From assembly GCA_046482545.1 (NCBI GenBank), contig JAWOEX010000039.1:32001-96000 (forward strand): a stretch of 64,000 nucleotides of DNA. The letters are read 5' to 3'. This document shows, one piece after another, positions 1 through 10,336 of this stretch. This DNA is from Candidatus Thorarchaeota archaeon. GTDB lineage: Archaea; Asgardarchaeota; Thorarchaeia; Thorarchaeales; Thorarchaeaceae. The notes under the pieces were generated by a model. That model did not search any database, had not been told where the DNA came from, and saw only the letters and a program-made list of their open reading frames with translations. How positions within the stretch are numbered: position 1 is the first letter of the stretch; every line of letters begins with the position of its first letter. A program made the translations under genes and the position numbers.

Positions 1-681
1 GTGGTGGGAATGGTTGGGGGCCCCTGGGGTGTCTTTGAAATCTGCGCCCACTACATGCGAGGCTTTGAGAAGTTCCTAATTGATTTGATGTCACGACCAA
101 AACTCGCAGCAGAGATGATGGACAAGTCAATGAATCTCGCCTTGGACATGAACAGGGTCCTTCTTGATGAGGTGAAAGACTATCTTGACATCGTATTGGT
201 TGGAGATGACCTAGGCCATCAAAACGGATTGATAATGAGTCCGAAGATGTATAGGGAGCACATCAAGCCCCGACACAAGAAGATTTACCAAGATATCCAC
301 AGACGTGCTCCAGATGTAAAGGTCATGTATCATTCGTGTGGCGCCGTTGAACCAATGATAGACGACCTGCTTGAAGTCGGTGTCGATATTCTCAATCCTA
401 TACAGCCCCTTGCAAAAGGAATGGACTCGTTCAATCTAAAGGAAGAATATGGTCACCGTCTGACATTCCACGGTGGAATCGACTTACAGGAAGCGATGTC
501 TGCAGTAGGAACGATAGATGATCTTGAGGAGGAGATAGAGACCCGTCTAAAGGCGCTCGCTCCAAACGGGGGGTACATTCTTGCTCCTGCTCACAACATA
601 CAGCCTGACTCGACGCCTGAGAAAGTTGTGCACATGTATGACTACGCGAAAGAGAAAGGAACCTATCCGATAGATCTCTAG
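1..681 (+). CDS. Uroporphyrinogen decarboxylase family / MtaA-CmuA-like methyltransferase (5' end probably outside the window)
   Basis: GDDLG, YHSCG, LNPIQP, FHGGID and GYILAPAHNIQ motifs typical of the URO-D family; frame is open at position 1. Confidence 0.85.
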   Translation: MVGMVGGPWGVFEICAHYMRGFEKFLIDLMSRPKLAAEMMDKSMNLALDMNRVLLDEVKDYLDIVLVGDDLGHQNGLIMSPKMYREHIKPRHKKIYQDIHRRAPDVKVMYHSCGAVEPMIDDLLEVGVDILNPIQPLAKGMDSFNLKEEYGHRLTFHGGIDLQEAMSAVGTIDDLEEEIETRLKALAPNGGYILAPAHNIQPDSTPEKVVHMYDYAKEKGTYPIDL

Positions 682-693
682 TACCGTTACTGC

Positions 694-1365
694 TTATGGA
701 ATAGGCTTCTCTTCATGAAGGTCGTGAGGATCGTCACCATCCTCGAGTTTGCTAGCCCACCAGGTGTCCGTTCCTACCACTTCCTCTGCAGCTGCAATCA
801 CATCTTCCACTCGATCCTGTGGAATTGCTACGACCCCGTCACCGTCGGCGAAGAGAAGGTCTCCAGGTCGAACCACAATACCGCCGCAGACTATTGGTTG
901 GCCAACTGATTCCATATCAAGGCGCCCCCTCATCGTTGCAGGATGCCTACCACGGGCAAAGACTGGGAAATTCATTCGATTTATGTCGTGAATGTCACGG
1001 GAAGTTCCGTCTACAACAGCCCCTCTCAGCCCTTTTGGTTTCCCTATTCGAGTCAATACCTGTCCCCATACAGAACACTCCCTTGCCCCTGAGCTGGTAA
1101 TGGCTACGATATCTCCTTCTCCAGCTTCTGTCGCAAGACTCATGAAATCATGTAGCTGTTCTTCATCGTATGGCCTTTGCACAGGTGCTCGAACCAGTTT
1201 TCCAGTCCGAGCAAATCCAGCCATTCGAGTATTCGAGGTAACAGGGTGGATTTGTCTATCCATGCATACGGGAGAGAGTTCAAGCTCATCAGCTGCATCT
1301 GATACAGCCGCAACATAGAGATTCAGAACACGGTCTATAAGGTCCGTCTTCTTGTTTGTCAACAC
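694..1365 (-). CDS. RraA family / HMG aldolase-like protein
   Basis: VWGQVL, GAVVDGTSRD and VRPGDLLFADGDGVV motifs. Confidence 0.85.
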   Translation of the reverse strand: MLTNKKTDLIDRVLNLYVAAVSDAADELELSPVCMDRQIHPVTSNTRMAGFARTGKLVRAPVQRPYDEEQLHDFMSLATEAGEGDIVAITSSGARECSVWGQVLTRIGKPKGLRGAVVDGTSRDIHDINRMNFPVFARGRHPATMRGRLDMESVGQPIVCGGIVVRPGDLLFADGDGVVAIPQDRVEDVIAAAEEVVGTDTWWASKLEDGDDPHDLHEEKPIP

Positions 1366-1389
1366 ATCATCTCCTACAAAAAAGTGGTC

Positions 1390-1863
1390 CTATTCTACCT
1401 TCCATTGATAGATGCAATAATCGTCACCGCGCATCATGCACTTCGGTATTGTCATTTCCAACTTGGGATCCACGGCTTGAGCAATGCCTTCATCCATCTT
1501 ACATACCCATTGGCAAATGTCATCTTTTGCCCCCTTAGACTTGAAAGTGGCAACCCATGGACAAGCGTTTACTTTCAGTCTTAAAGAAGCACTATCGACA
1601 TCCAATAATTCGAGTTCGAACCCAAAAAATGGATGTCCGGCCTGAAAGAACTCGTATATCGACCTAAGATCACCTTCTCGTAACGATCCAGCTTCTATGG
1701 CTGCTTTACCTAGTTCGAGTCCATGAAGACGATTTGCTTCACCTATTCTCTCTAGGCCCTCTTCACCCGCGAAATCCCGTACTGCTTCGACATACACAGC
1801 ATGAGCTGCGGCAAGAGTCTCCATATTGGCCTTCCTTACATCGTCAGCTGTGGGTTTTGACAT
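1390..1863 (-). CDS. ATC-hydrolase / V4R-like small-molecule-binding protein
   Basis: CPW...ICQWVCKMD...KCMMRGDDYC cysteine pattern. Confidence 0.7.
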   Translation of the reverse strand: MSKPTADDVRKANMETLAAAHAVYVEAVRDFAGEEGLERIGEANRLHGLELGKAAIEAGSLREGDLRSIYEFFQAGHPFFGFELELLDVDSASLRLKVNACPWVATFKSKGAKDDICQWVCKMDEGIAQAVDPKLEMTIPKCMMRGDDYCIYQWKVE

Positions 1864-1893
1864 ATGCCTCGCCTTCTTTGCTTTAGCTTATTC

Positions 1894-1925
1894 TAACGAG
1901 ATATATGCAACTTTAACGAGATATA
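1894..1925. promoter_or_regulatory. 12-bp direct repeat TAACGAGATATA x2 (20-bp period) in a divergent promoter
   Basis: Exact copies at 1894-1905 and 1914-1925, each ending in a TATA-like element, between divergent genes. Confidence 0.6.
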
Positions 1926-1956
1926 AAAGACTCGGCTAGGGAATAAAGTCACGTCG

Positions 1957-3126
1957 GTGCAAGCAATGCTGGCAAAAAGGAATCAGAATGTTCCCGCGAG
2001 CGAAATCCGCAAGATGTATAATATGGCTCTTGAGCGAAGCGATGTCGTAGATTTAACTGCCGGAGTACCAGATTTTGACACGCCTAATCATATAAAAGAA
2101 GCCGCCAAGGATGCAATAGACCAAGGCTACACGAAGTATACCCACAATGCGGGATTCATGGATGTCAGGGAATCTTTTGCCCAGAAAGCCAAGAAAGACA
2201 ACGGTATCGATGTAGATGCATCAAGCCAAGTGGTTTGCACGGCCGGAGGAATGGGAGGGCTGATGCTTGCAAACATGGTGTTGGTCGAACCTGGCGACGA
2301 GGTCATGTATCCAGACCCGGGATTCGTCAGCCATCATGCACATGTGAAGCTGGCCGAGGGAAAACCAGTTCCAGTTCAATTGAAGCAAGAACACAATTTC
2401 GGGATGTGTGCAGAAGACATTGAGAAGCTCATTACTGAAAGAACAAAGCTTCTTGTAATCAACAGCCCAAATAATCCTACGGGCGGCATCACAACAGAGG
2501 GGGAACTTCGGAAAATTGCGGATCTGGCAATCAAGCATGACTTCTATGTGCTTTCCGATGAAGCTTACGAGAAGTACTACTACACAGACGAGGCACCGGT
2601 TTCCATAGGTTCACTGCCAGGTATGGAAGAACGTACCATATCTATATTCTCGCTATCCAAGAGCTATGCAATGACTGGATGGCGAATCGGATTTGCAACT
2701 GGACCCGAGAATATCATCGACGCTATGACTCATCTCCAAGAGCATGTAATCGCCATGCCTACATCGATATCTCAGAAAGCAGGTCAAGCGGCGGTTGAAG
2801 GCCCGCAAGATTGCATAGATGAGATGCTTAAGACATTCACTAAAAGACGCAAAATCATGATCGAAGGGCTCAGGCAAATCGAAGGAATCAAACTGGCCGC
2901 ACCTGGAGGTGCATTCTATGCATTCCCCGACGTACGAGCTTATGGCGGGAAGTCTTGGGACCTTGCCATCGACATTCTTGAAAATACGAAAGTGGTACTC
3001 GTTCATGGATCTGCTTTCGGCCGCTATGGTGAAGGTTTCTTACGACTCTGTTATGCAACTTCTACGGAACGCATCAACAAGGCTCTAGACCTCTTGGCTG
3101 ATTATCTTCCAACACTACTCAGCTGA
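1957..3126 (+). CDS. PLP-dependent aminotransferase class I/II (AspC-like)
   Basis: INSPNNPTG, SDEAY, SLSKSYAMTGWRIG (PLP lysine). Confidence 0.95.
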   Translation: MQAMLAKRNQNVPASEIRKMYNMALERSDVVDLTAGVPDFDTPNHIKEAAKDAIDQGYTKYTHNAGFMDVRESFAQKAKKDNGIDVDASSQVVCTAGGMGGLMLANMVLVEPGDEVMYPDPGFVSHHAHVKLAEGKPVPVQLKQEHNFGMCAEDIEKLITERTKLLVINSPNNPTGGITTEGELRKIADLAIKHDFYVLSDEAYEKYYYTDEAPVSIGSLPGMEERTISIFSLSKSYAMTGWRIGFATGPENIIDAMTHLQEHVIAMPTSISQKAGQAAVEGPQDCIDEMLKTFTKRRKIMIEGLRQIEGIKLAAPGGAFYAFPDVRAYGGKSWDLAIDILENTKVVLVHGSAFGRYGEGFLRLCYATSTERINKALDLLADYLPTLLS

Positions 3127-3163
3127 AACGCTATAGATTGCTCGACAAAGGTGATTTCCGAAA

Positions 3164-5503
3164 ATGACCGAAAGAACCCAGCGCATGAAGCAGAGAATGC
3201 TTAAGGCTTCACCAACTCTCTCTGCAGAGCGAGCCAAACTTTTCACCGAGTATCTAAGGGAGCACGAGAACCAAACCCAGATGCTCAGACTTGCTAATGC
3301 TTTCGCACATGTCCTAGACAATATGAGGATTAGGATAGAACCTGAAGAGCTGATTGTCGGTAATATGGGTCCTACTCCGCGTTCTTGTCAAGTGTTTCCA
3401 GAATACAGCTGGACCTGGATCCATGAAGAGCTCGATACTCTCAGCCAACGAGAGACCGAACCATTCCAAATCTGTGAAGAGGACAAAGACACCCTGAGAA
3501 ACGTTTTCCAATACTGGGAAGGGAAGAGTACAGCAGAAATCTGCAATGAGAAAATGCCTGAAGAATCAAAAAAAGCTGCAAAAGCGGGTTTGTTCACTAT
3601 TGGTGCCCCGGGGACTGGCATCGGTCATGTTACTGTTGATTACAGGACTGTGTTGAATGAGGGGTTAGAGTCAATCCTTCAGCAAATAAATCGACTAAGA
3701 CGAAGGAACGAAGATTACAGCGATAAGCTTCAGTTCTACGAGGCTGTTGAGATAGAAATCAAAGCTGTCATTCGGTTTGCACATAGATTCGCTCACCGAG
3801 CAGAAGAATTGGCCAACGTAGAGACTGATTCTAATCGAGTAGAAGAACTGAGAAATGTAGCAAGAATTTGCAGAAGAGTGCCCGAGAAACCTGCGCGGAC
3901 ATTCAAAGAAGCCCTACAGTCATTTTGGTTCATACACCTTCTTGTCCAAACCGAATCCAATGGACACTCGATATCAGCAGGTCGTTTCGACCAGTACATG
4001 CTTCCATTCTATCAGCAGGATGTCGAATCAGGCAGGCTTACAGCAGAAGAGGCGACCGAGCTTATCGAAATGCTGTGGATTAAATTAACTTCTCTAATCA
4101 AACTCCGAGATAAATACTACAGCAGGGCATTTGCCGGTCATCCCATGTTTCAAAATCTAACCATCGGTGGCCAGAATCCAGCTGGTGAGGATGCTTGCAA
4201 TGAACTTACCGATTTAGTAATCCAGGCCACTGGAAACATCCACCTAACACAACCCACTGTTTCTTTTCGCTGGCACACTGATACCCCTGAATCCTACAAG
4301 CTCAAAGTTACGCATCTCATCTCAAAAGGGCTGGGTATGCCTGGCCTGTTCAATGATGAAATAATCATACCAATGATGGTGGAAAAGGGTGTTGACAAGA
4401 ACGAGGCTTACGATTACTCCATTTTAGGCTGTGTCGAGCCAATAATTGAGGGAAAATCCGATGTTCGGCCGAATATCGGCTATGTCAATCTGCTGAAAAT
4501 CCTTGAGGTAACGCTCAACAACGGAACTGACCCACTAACTGGCATGAAGGTTGGCGTCGAGACGGGAGACCCCCGTGAATTCGAATCACTTGAGGAATTA
4601 TGGGAAGCCTACGCAGCCCAGTTAGAACATGCAATTGACCTTCTTACTCAAGCCGACAGGATAGCAGCCGGGGTGCTAGCCTCTGAGAAACCAACACCAT
4701 TCATTTCTGCCCTTCTTAAGAATTGCATTGAAGAAGGCATGACCATGCAAGAGGGTGGTGCAAAGTACAATAGTGGAGGCATTATGGGAGTTGGAATCGG
4801 AAATGTGGCTGATTCACTGCAGGTAATTCGTGAATTTGTGTTCGAATCAGATGAGCTTGATATGGATGAATTGCTCAGCGTTCTCGCTAAGAATTTTGAA
4901 GGCAATGAATCATTGAGAGTAAGATTTGAGACTGATGCATCCAATTACGGCAATGACATTGACGAAGTAGATGAATTGGCAAGAAGAACAGGTAGGGCCT
5001 TTTGCACGACAATTCAGAAGAAGATGACCACCAGAGGCGCACCGTATCATGGAGCGCTATTCTCGGTCTCGATGTATATACCGATGGGCGAGCGAGTCGG
5101 TGCTACACCTGATGGCCGTAAAGCTAGAACAATGCTATCAGATGGTGTTTCTCCGACGCAGAATAGGGATGTTAAAGGCCCTACTGCAGCGATGAAGTCT
5201 GTTTCAAAGTTGGACCATGGTTGCTGCTTTGATGGGACACTCTACAATATGAAGTTCACAACAAGGATGTTCAAGAACAGGGAAAACAAGAAGAAGTTTG
5301 TCTCGCTCCTCGATGGCTACTTTGAACTAGGGGGCTTCCATGTTCAGTTCAATGTGGTTGACCGAGAGACGCTAGAGGCGGCGAAAGTGAAACCTGAGCA
5401 ACATAGGAATCTCATAGTTCGAGTAGCGGGATATAGCGCATACTTTGTCGAACTTGATCCTTTCGTGCAAGATGAAATTATTACGCGAACCGAATTTCGA
5501 TAG
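3164..5503 (+). CDS. Glycyl radical enzyme, PFL2 / diol-dehydratase-like
   Basis: GCVEP Cys loop, C-terminal VRVAGYSAYF glycyl loop, GHSIS-GRFDQY. Confidence 0.93.
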   Translation: MTERTQRMKQRMLKASPTLSAERAKLFTEYLREHENQTQMLRLANAFAHVLDNMRIRIEPEELIVGNMGPTPRSCQVFPEYSWTWIHEELDTLSQRETEPFQICEEDKDTLRNVFQYWEGKSTAEICNEKMPEESKKAAKAGLFTIGAPGTGIGHVTVDYRTVLNEGLESILQQINRLRRRNEDYSDKLQFYEAVEIEIKAVIRFAHRFAHRAEELANVETDSNRVEELRNVARICRRVPEKPARTFKEALQSFWFIHLLVQTESNGHSISAGRFDQYMLPFYQQDVESGRLTAEEATELIEMLWIKLTSLIKLRDKYYSRAFAGHPMFQNLTIGGQNPAGEDACNELTDLVIQATGNIHLTQPTVSFRWHTDTPESYKLKVTHLISKGLGMPGLFNDEIIIPMMVEKGVDKNEAYDYSILGCVEPIIEGKSDVRPNIGYVNLLKILEVTLNNGTDPLTGMKVGVETGDPREFESLEELWEAYAAQLEHAIDLLTQADRIAAGVLASEKPTPFISALLKNCIEEGMTMQEGGAKYNSGGIMGVGIGNVADSLQVIREFVFESDELDMDELLSVLAKNFEGNESLRVRFETDASNYGNDIDEVDELARRTGRAFCTTIQKKMTTRGAPYHGALFSVSMYIPMGERVGATPDGRKARTMLSDGVSPTQNRDVKGPTAAMKSVSKLDHGCCFDGTLYNMKFTTRMFKNRENKKKFVSLLDGYFELGGFHVQFNVVDRETLEAAKVKPEQHRNLIVRVAGYSAYFVELDPFVQDEIITRTEFR

Positions 5504-5770
5504 CATTACCGGGGTTCGATTTTGATTAAGGACCTGCGATGTAAGTTACAGCCTGTCTCCCGGTATTAGGACTTATCTGCACGAATAATCGGACAATAGC
5601 ATACATACCTATTTACACAACGAATATTCATATTAATTATATTTAGTAGTTTGAATGATGACAGTGGAGTCATCTCAATCAGTGCTAATCCGGGGTAGAT
5701 GAATGGTGTTTCTCGGGAGGTAATCCGCGGTTCACAATAAGTGTGTCACTCGTATTAATGGGGTGTTGTA

Positions 5771-8700
5771 ATGGGAATTAAACGAACAGGAAAATCAGAA
5801 GAGAGACAAGATACCCCCGCACAGGCATTCGATAAATGGCAATCTTTGATTCATCAAATCTCCGGAGTGCTATACGAGTGTGCATTCGATCAGCATTGGA
5901 CAATGTACTGGATTACCGAAGGGATTGAGGAGCTGACTGGTTATCCCCCATCGGATATCATCAACAATAACGTTCGCTCCTACAATAGCATAATTCATCC
6001 AAATGATCGAGCAATAGTAAGGGAAATAGTTGGAAAAGCTGTAAGACAAAACGAATATTTTTCGACAGAATATCGGATTATTGACTCTACCGGTACAATC
6101 AAATGGGTAGAAGAAAGAGGGATGGCAGAATATGATGATCAGGGAAACCCGGATTACCTACGTGGCATAATAATAGATGCTACAAGAGCGAAAGAGGCCA
6201 AGAGAATAGCTAGAGAGTCACAGCAGAAATACCGTGCATTATTTGAAAGCAGCATGGATGGTATCGCTTTTTCAGATTTAGATGGGCACTTCCAAGAAGT
6301 GAATCCTGCATTTGCTGAAATGACTGGATATACTGAACAAGAACTCAAGAAGTTAACCCATCAAGACATCACCCCCTCGAAGTACCAAGAAATGGAACGT
6401 GAAGTCTATCATCCCCAGCTTGTTAAGAGGGGATATTCTGATTTTTACGAAAAAGAATACATCCGAAAGAATGGAAGTACATTCCCAGCCCGAATACGAA
6501 AATGGTTATTCACAAATCTTGAGGGGAATCCGTTCCACGTAGCAGCAATTGTACAGGATATATCTGAGGAGAAATCCGCTGCTAAGGCTTTGGAGCGTAG
6601 TCAAGAGCAGTTTCGCTTGCTGTTCAATGAATCGCCTATTGGTATTGAAATTCTAGATGAAAACGGGCGAATCATTAGAACAAATCCATCAGCGCTTGAG
6701 ATTTTTGGAGTTAAAGAAGAACAGCAAGTCATTGGGTTTAGTTTACTTACTGATCCTAATACTCCGGATTTCGCTAAGGAGAACATACGAAATCATGAAT
6801 CATGTATATACGAATCCCAATTTGACTACTCACTCATACGGAAGCACAATCTTTACGAAACGAATAGAACCAGAGTTGTACATCTAGAAACAAAGATTAC
6901 ACCACTGGGTGCTGGCGATGACTCCACTTTCAGAGGGTTTATGCTTCAAATTGAGGATGTGAGTGAACAGAAGAAGGCACTGGAATCACTCAGACAGAGC
7001 GAGGAACGGTTCTATGCCTTGTTTCGAGACTCACCAATTGGTATTGAGATACTGGATAAGAAGGGTCAGATAATTAGAGCCAATTCTGCGGCACAAGAGA
7101 TATTTGGTGTATCAACTGAAGAGGAAATAATCGGATTCAATATACTTGAGGATCCTAATACACCAGAACAGGTTAAGAATAAAATACGAAATCGAGAGGC
7201 TTACAGATTTGATTCAAAGTTCGACTACTCACGGGTGAAGGAACAGGGACTTTACACCACATCGAAGAGTGGAATAGCGTATCTTGAAACATTAATTACC
7301 CCCCTGGGCAAGGGTAACGATTCCGATTTCAGAGGTTTCATGATTCAGCTGCAAGATGTGACAGAAAGGAAGAACATGCTCAAGGCGCTTCAAGATAGCG
7401 AGGAGCAGTATAGAACAACATTGGAAGCATTGGATGACCCGATGTATGTTGTAGATAAGGATTTGCGAATCAATCTCACGAATCCAGCACTAACGAAGTG
7501 GGTAAACAAACTGGGTTTGGATGGTAATATTGTAGGCAAGCACATCACGGATGCTTTCCCGTTTATCAGTGAGAAAGTCCTAGAAGAGTATCATCGTGTC
7601 TTCACAGATGGCATTGTGTTTCGAACTCGGGACGAAGTGCACCTGCATAGAACGACCGTTCATGCTGAGACTACGAAAGTACCAATCATGAGCGGAGGAC
7701 GAACGGTTCAGGTTCTAACTAAAATTCGAGATATTACTAGTCAGTATAGAAACCGAATGGAGCTTGAACGCAGCGAAAAAAGATACCGTACACTCATCAA
7801 ATCTATAGACTTGGGATTCCTATTCCACGATTCAGCAGGAAGAATCAGGTCTGTGAACCCCTCTGCTGAGAATATCTTGGGAGTAAGCGAAAAAGACGCT
7901 AAGAATCATAGGTTTGAGCAGCTAAGCATAGAGCTAAGGAATGAAAATGGTACTGAAATATCCCCAGATGAGCTTCCCTTAACCACTTCTCTTAGAACTG
8001 GACAGCAATCTGAATCCTCCATTTTACAAATATTCAACAAAGAAAAAGGTAAACGGAGATGGGTGAAGATGAAGGCTGTTCCTCTGAAGTACGGAGAACA
8101 TGAGAGTCCTGTAGAAGCATACAGCATTATTGATGACATTACAGAGGAATATAGGGCACAGCGGGCTCTTCAGAAAGAACGTGACCGGGCTCAGAATTAT
8201 CTTGACATCGCTGGAGCCATAATTGTTGTCATCGATTCGGACGGTTTTATTCAAGAAATCAATGAGAAGGGCTGCACGGTTCTAGGCTATTCGCACGAAG
8301 AGGTTGTTGGAAAGAATTGGATAAGAGATTTTATTCCACAACGGCTTCAATCGGAAATCAGATCTATCTTGGATGACTTATCACGGGGCGACATGTCTGA
8401 ATTCAGTGAATTTGAAAACCCCATCATTAACAGAGATGGCGAGGAGCGAGTAATAGAATGGCACAACTCACCTCTTACAGATGATGAAGGAAGTATTGTG
8501 GGAGTGCTATCCTCAGGTGTTGATATCACAAAGCGAAAGGAAATGGAGGAGAATCTTCGAACCACAGCTGAAACAGCCAATCTCTATCTTGATCTCATGG
8601 GCCACGATATTAGAAACTACCTTCAGTCCATAATAATGGCTGTTGATATCATCAGCGAACGAAGTGAAGACCACAAAATCACTTCATTCTTGGACATAAT

Positions 8701-9214
8701 CATAGAGGCCACTAAAAATGCTACACACCTAATCCAGAAGGTGGGGAACACCAAAGGATATCTTTCTGCACCATTGCAGAAGTTGTCTCTTACCAATGTG
8801 ATTAGAGTGGCGCTATCTGAGTTCAAGCAAAAGTACCCATACATGGATATTGAACTCGTTGAGAAAACAGACGATCCGCTAGTATATGCGGACAAATACC
8901 TCTTCAACTTGATTGCTAATTTGTTAGAGAACTCGGCTATTCACAACAACAATGACCAACCATTCGTTCAAATCGAAGTCGAGAGATGCGGGGAAAGGTA
9001 CGAGATTTCGATAATGGATAACGGACCGGGGATTCCCCATAGCGAGAAGGAAGCCATTTTCGACCCTAATAGGCGTTATGGAGGAGTTGGAATCCCTCAG
9101 GCATTGAAAATCGCAGACAAATATGGAGCAGAAATATCAGTTCATGATAGGGTCAAAAATTGTCCAGAATTGGGAGCGGACTTCCGCATCTGGTTACCTA
9201 AAGCACCAACTTAG
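5771..9214 (+). CDS. Soluble multi-PAS (about 7 PAS) sensor histidine kinase
   Basis: Repeated PAS/PAC units; H-box HDIRN, N-box NLLENS, G1 DNGPG; no TM or receiver domain. Confidence 0.92.
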   Translation: MGIKRTGKSEERQDTPAQAFDKWQSLIHQISGVLYECAFDQHWTMYWITEGIEELTGYPPSDIINNNVRSYNSIIHPNDRAIVREIVGKAVRQNEYFSTEYRIIDSTGTIKWVEERGMAEYDDQGNPDYLRGIIIDATRAKEAKRIARESQQKYRALFESSMDGIAFSDLDGHFQEVNPAFAEMTGYTEQELKKLTHQDITPSKYQEMEREVYHPQLVKRGYSDFYEKEYIRKNGSTFPARIRKWLFTNLEGNPFHVAAIVQDISEEKSAAKALERSQEQFRLLFNESPIGIEILDENGRIIRTNPSALEIFGVKEEQQVIGFSLLTDPNTPDFAKENIRNHESCIYESQFDYSLIRKHNLYETNRTRVVHLETKITPLGAGDDSTFRGFMLQIEDVSEQKKALESLRQSEERFYALFRDSPIGIEILDKKGQIIRANSAAQEIFGVSTEEEIIGFNILEDPNTPEQVKNKIRNREAYRFDSKFDYSRVKEQGLYTTSKSGIAYLETLITPLGKGNDSDFRGFMIQLQDVTERKNMLKALQDSEEQYRTTLEALDDPMYVVDKDLRINLTNPALTKWVNKLGLDGNIVGKHITDAFPFISEKVLEEYHRVFTDGIVFRTRDEVHLHRTTVHAETTKVPIMSGGRTVQVLTKIRDITSQYRNRMELERSEKRYRTLIKSIDLGFLFHDSAGRIRSVNPSAENILGVSEKDAKNHRFEQLSIELRNENGTEISPDELPLTTSLRTGQQSESSILQIFNKEKGKRRWVKMKAVPLKYGEHESPVEAYSIIDDITEEYRAQRALQKERDRAQNYLDIAGAIIVVIDSDGFIQEINEKGCTVLGYSHEEVVGKNWIRDFIPQRLQSEIRSILDDLSRGDMSEFSEFENPIINRDGEERVIEWHNSPLTDDEGSIVGVLSSGVDITKRKEMEENLRTTAETANLYLDLMGHDIRNYLQSIIMAVDIISERSEDHKITSFLDIIIEATKNATHLIQKVGNTKGYLSAPLQKLSLTNVIRVALSEFKQKYPYMDIELVEKTDDPLVYADKYLFNLIANLLENSAIHNNNDQPFVQIEVERCGERYEISIMDNGPGIPHSEKEAIFDPNRRYGGVGIPQALKIADKYGAEISVHDRVKNCPELGADFRIWLPKAPT

Positions 9215-9327
9215 AACTCAAACAATTTTTCTCTTTAGATTTCCCCACTGTGAGATGGTAACGAAAGCTTAACATATCCATAGTCTCAGTATTTTAATGA
9301 TAATTTAACAACAGATGGTGATGCGAA

Positions 9328-10323
9328 ATGGCGTACGACGTTGTAACATTCGGAGAGGTTATGCTAAGGCTATCGCCACCCGATTTCCAGCGCTTCGAGC
9401 AAACTAATAGCTACGATGCGCATGCGGGAGGTGCAGAGATGAATGTGGCAGTCGCATGTTCGCGACTTGGACTAGATTCAACCTATGTGACCAAGCTCGG
9501 AGACAATTCGATTGGTCACTTCATCAGAAACAAGGCACGTGAACATGGAGTGGATACTTCACATATTCTATGGGATCCTGAGAATCGCTGTGGTGTGTAC
9601 TTCGTTGAGTTTGGTGCAGCCCCCAGAACGAACAGAGTGATTTACGATAGAAAGCATTCTGCCATAAGCAAAATCCAAACTGGTGAGGTTGAATGGGACA
9701 GAGTATTTGATGGAACTAAATTGTTCCACACTAGTGGCATTACTCCAGCCCTAAGTAATAGCTGCGCAGATGTTACCATGGAGGCGTTCAAGGCAGCCCG
9801 GAAACATGATGTCAAGGTGTCATACGACGTTAACTACAGAGGAAAATTGTGGACTCCAGAAGAAGCTAATAGATTCACTGAACCAGCTTCAGAATATATT
9901 GATGTCCTAATTACAACGGAAGAGGATACCAAGGTAGTATACGGAATAGAGGGTGAAAACTATGAGGACGTTGCACAGAAGCTGTCCGACAAGTTCGGTT
10001 TCGAAGTAGTTGTAATAACTCTCAGAGAGACACCGTCAGTTTTGAAGAATAAATGGTCTGTTTTCGCCTATAGCGATGGTGAGGTCGTTAGAAGTCCGAA
10101 GTATGAGATAGAGGTTGTTGACCGCCTTGGCGGTGGCGATTCCTGCAGTGCAGGCTTCATCTATGGTTATCTTGAATTGGATGACCTCCAGCAGGCTGTG
10201 AATTTCGGATCTGCATTTTCAGCCATCAAACAGACACTGCCAGGTGACTTAGCTTTCGTAGACAAATCGGAAGTAGAAGACCTAGTCGAAGGATATGAGA
10301 GAGGCCTTCGGATTAAACGATAG
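9328..10323 (+). CDS. kdgK: 2-keto-3-deoxygluconate kinase (PfkB family)
   Basis: FGEVMLRLSPP, GGAEMNVA, DVNYRGKLW, VDRLGGGDS; adjacent to eda. Confidence 0.88.
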   Translation: MAYDVVTFGEVMLRLSPPDFQRFEQTNSYDAHAGGAEMNVAVACSRLGLDSTYVTKLGDNSIGHFIRNKAREHGVDTSHILWDPENRCGVYFVEFGAAPRTNRVIYDRKHSAISKIQTGEVEWDRVFDGTKLFHTSGITPALSNSCADVTMEAFKAARKHDVKVSYDVNYRGKLWTPEEANRFTEPASEYIDVLITTEEDTKVVYGIEGENYEDVAQKLSDKFGFEVVVITLRETPSVLKNKWSVFAYSDGEVVRSPKYEIEVVDRLGGGDSCSAGFIYGYLELDDLQQAVNFGSAFSAIKQTLPGDLAFVDKSEVEDLVEGYERGLRIKR

Positions 10324-10336
10324 GATGGTGTGAACT

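Noticed and set aside
5507-5565. CCGGGGTTCGATT resembling a tRNA T-arm, inside a TACCGGG/CCCGGTA inverted repeat
   Set aside because: No T-stem closure, D-arm or acceptor stem; at most a 3' hairpin of the GRE gene
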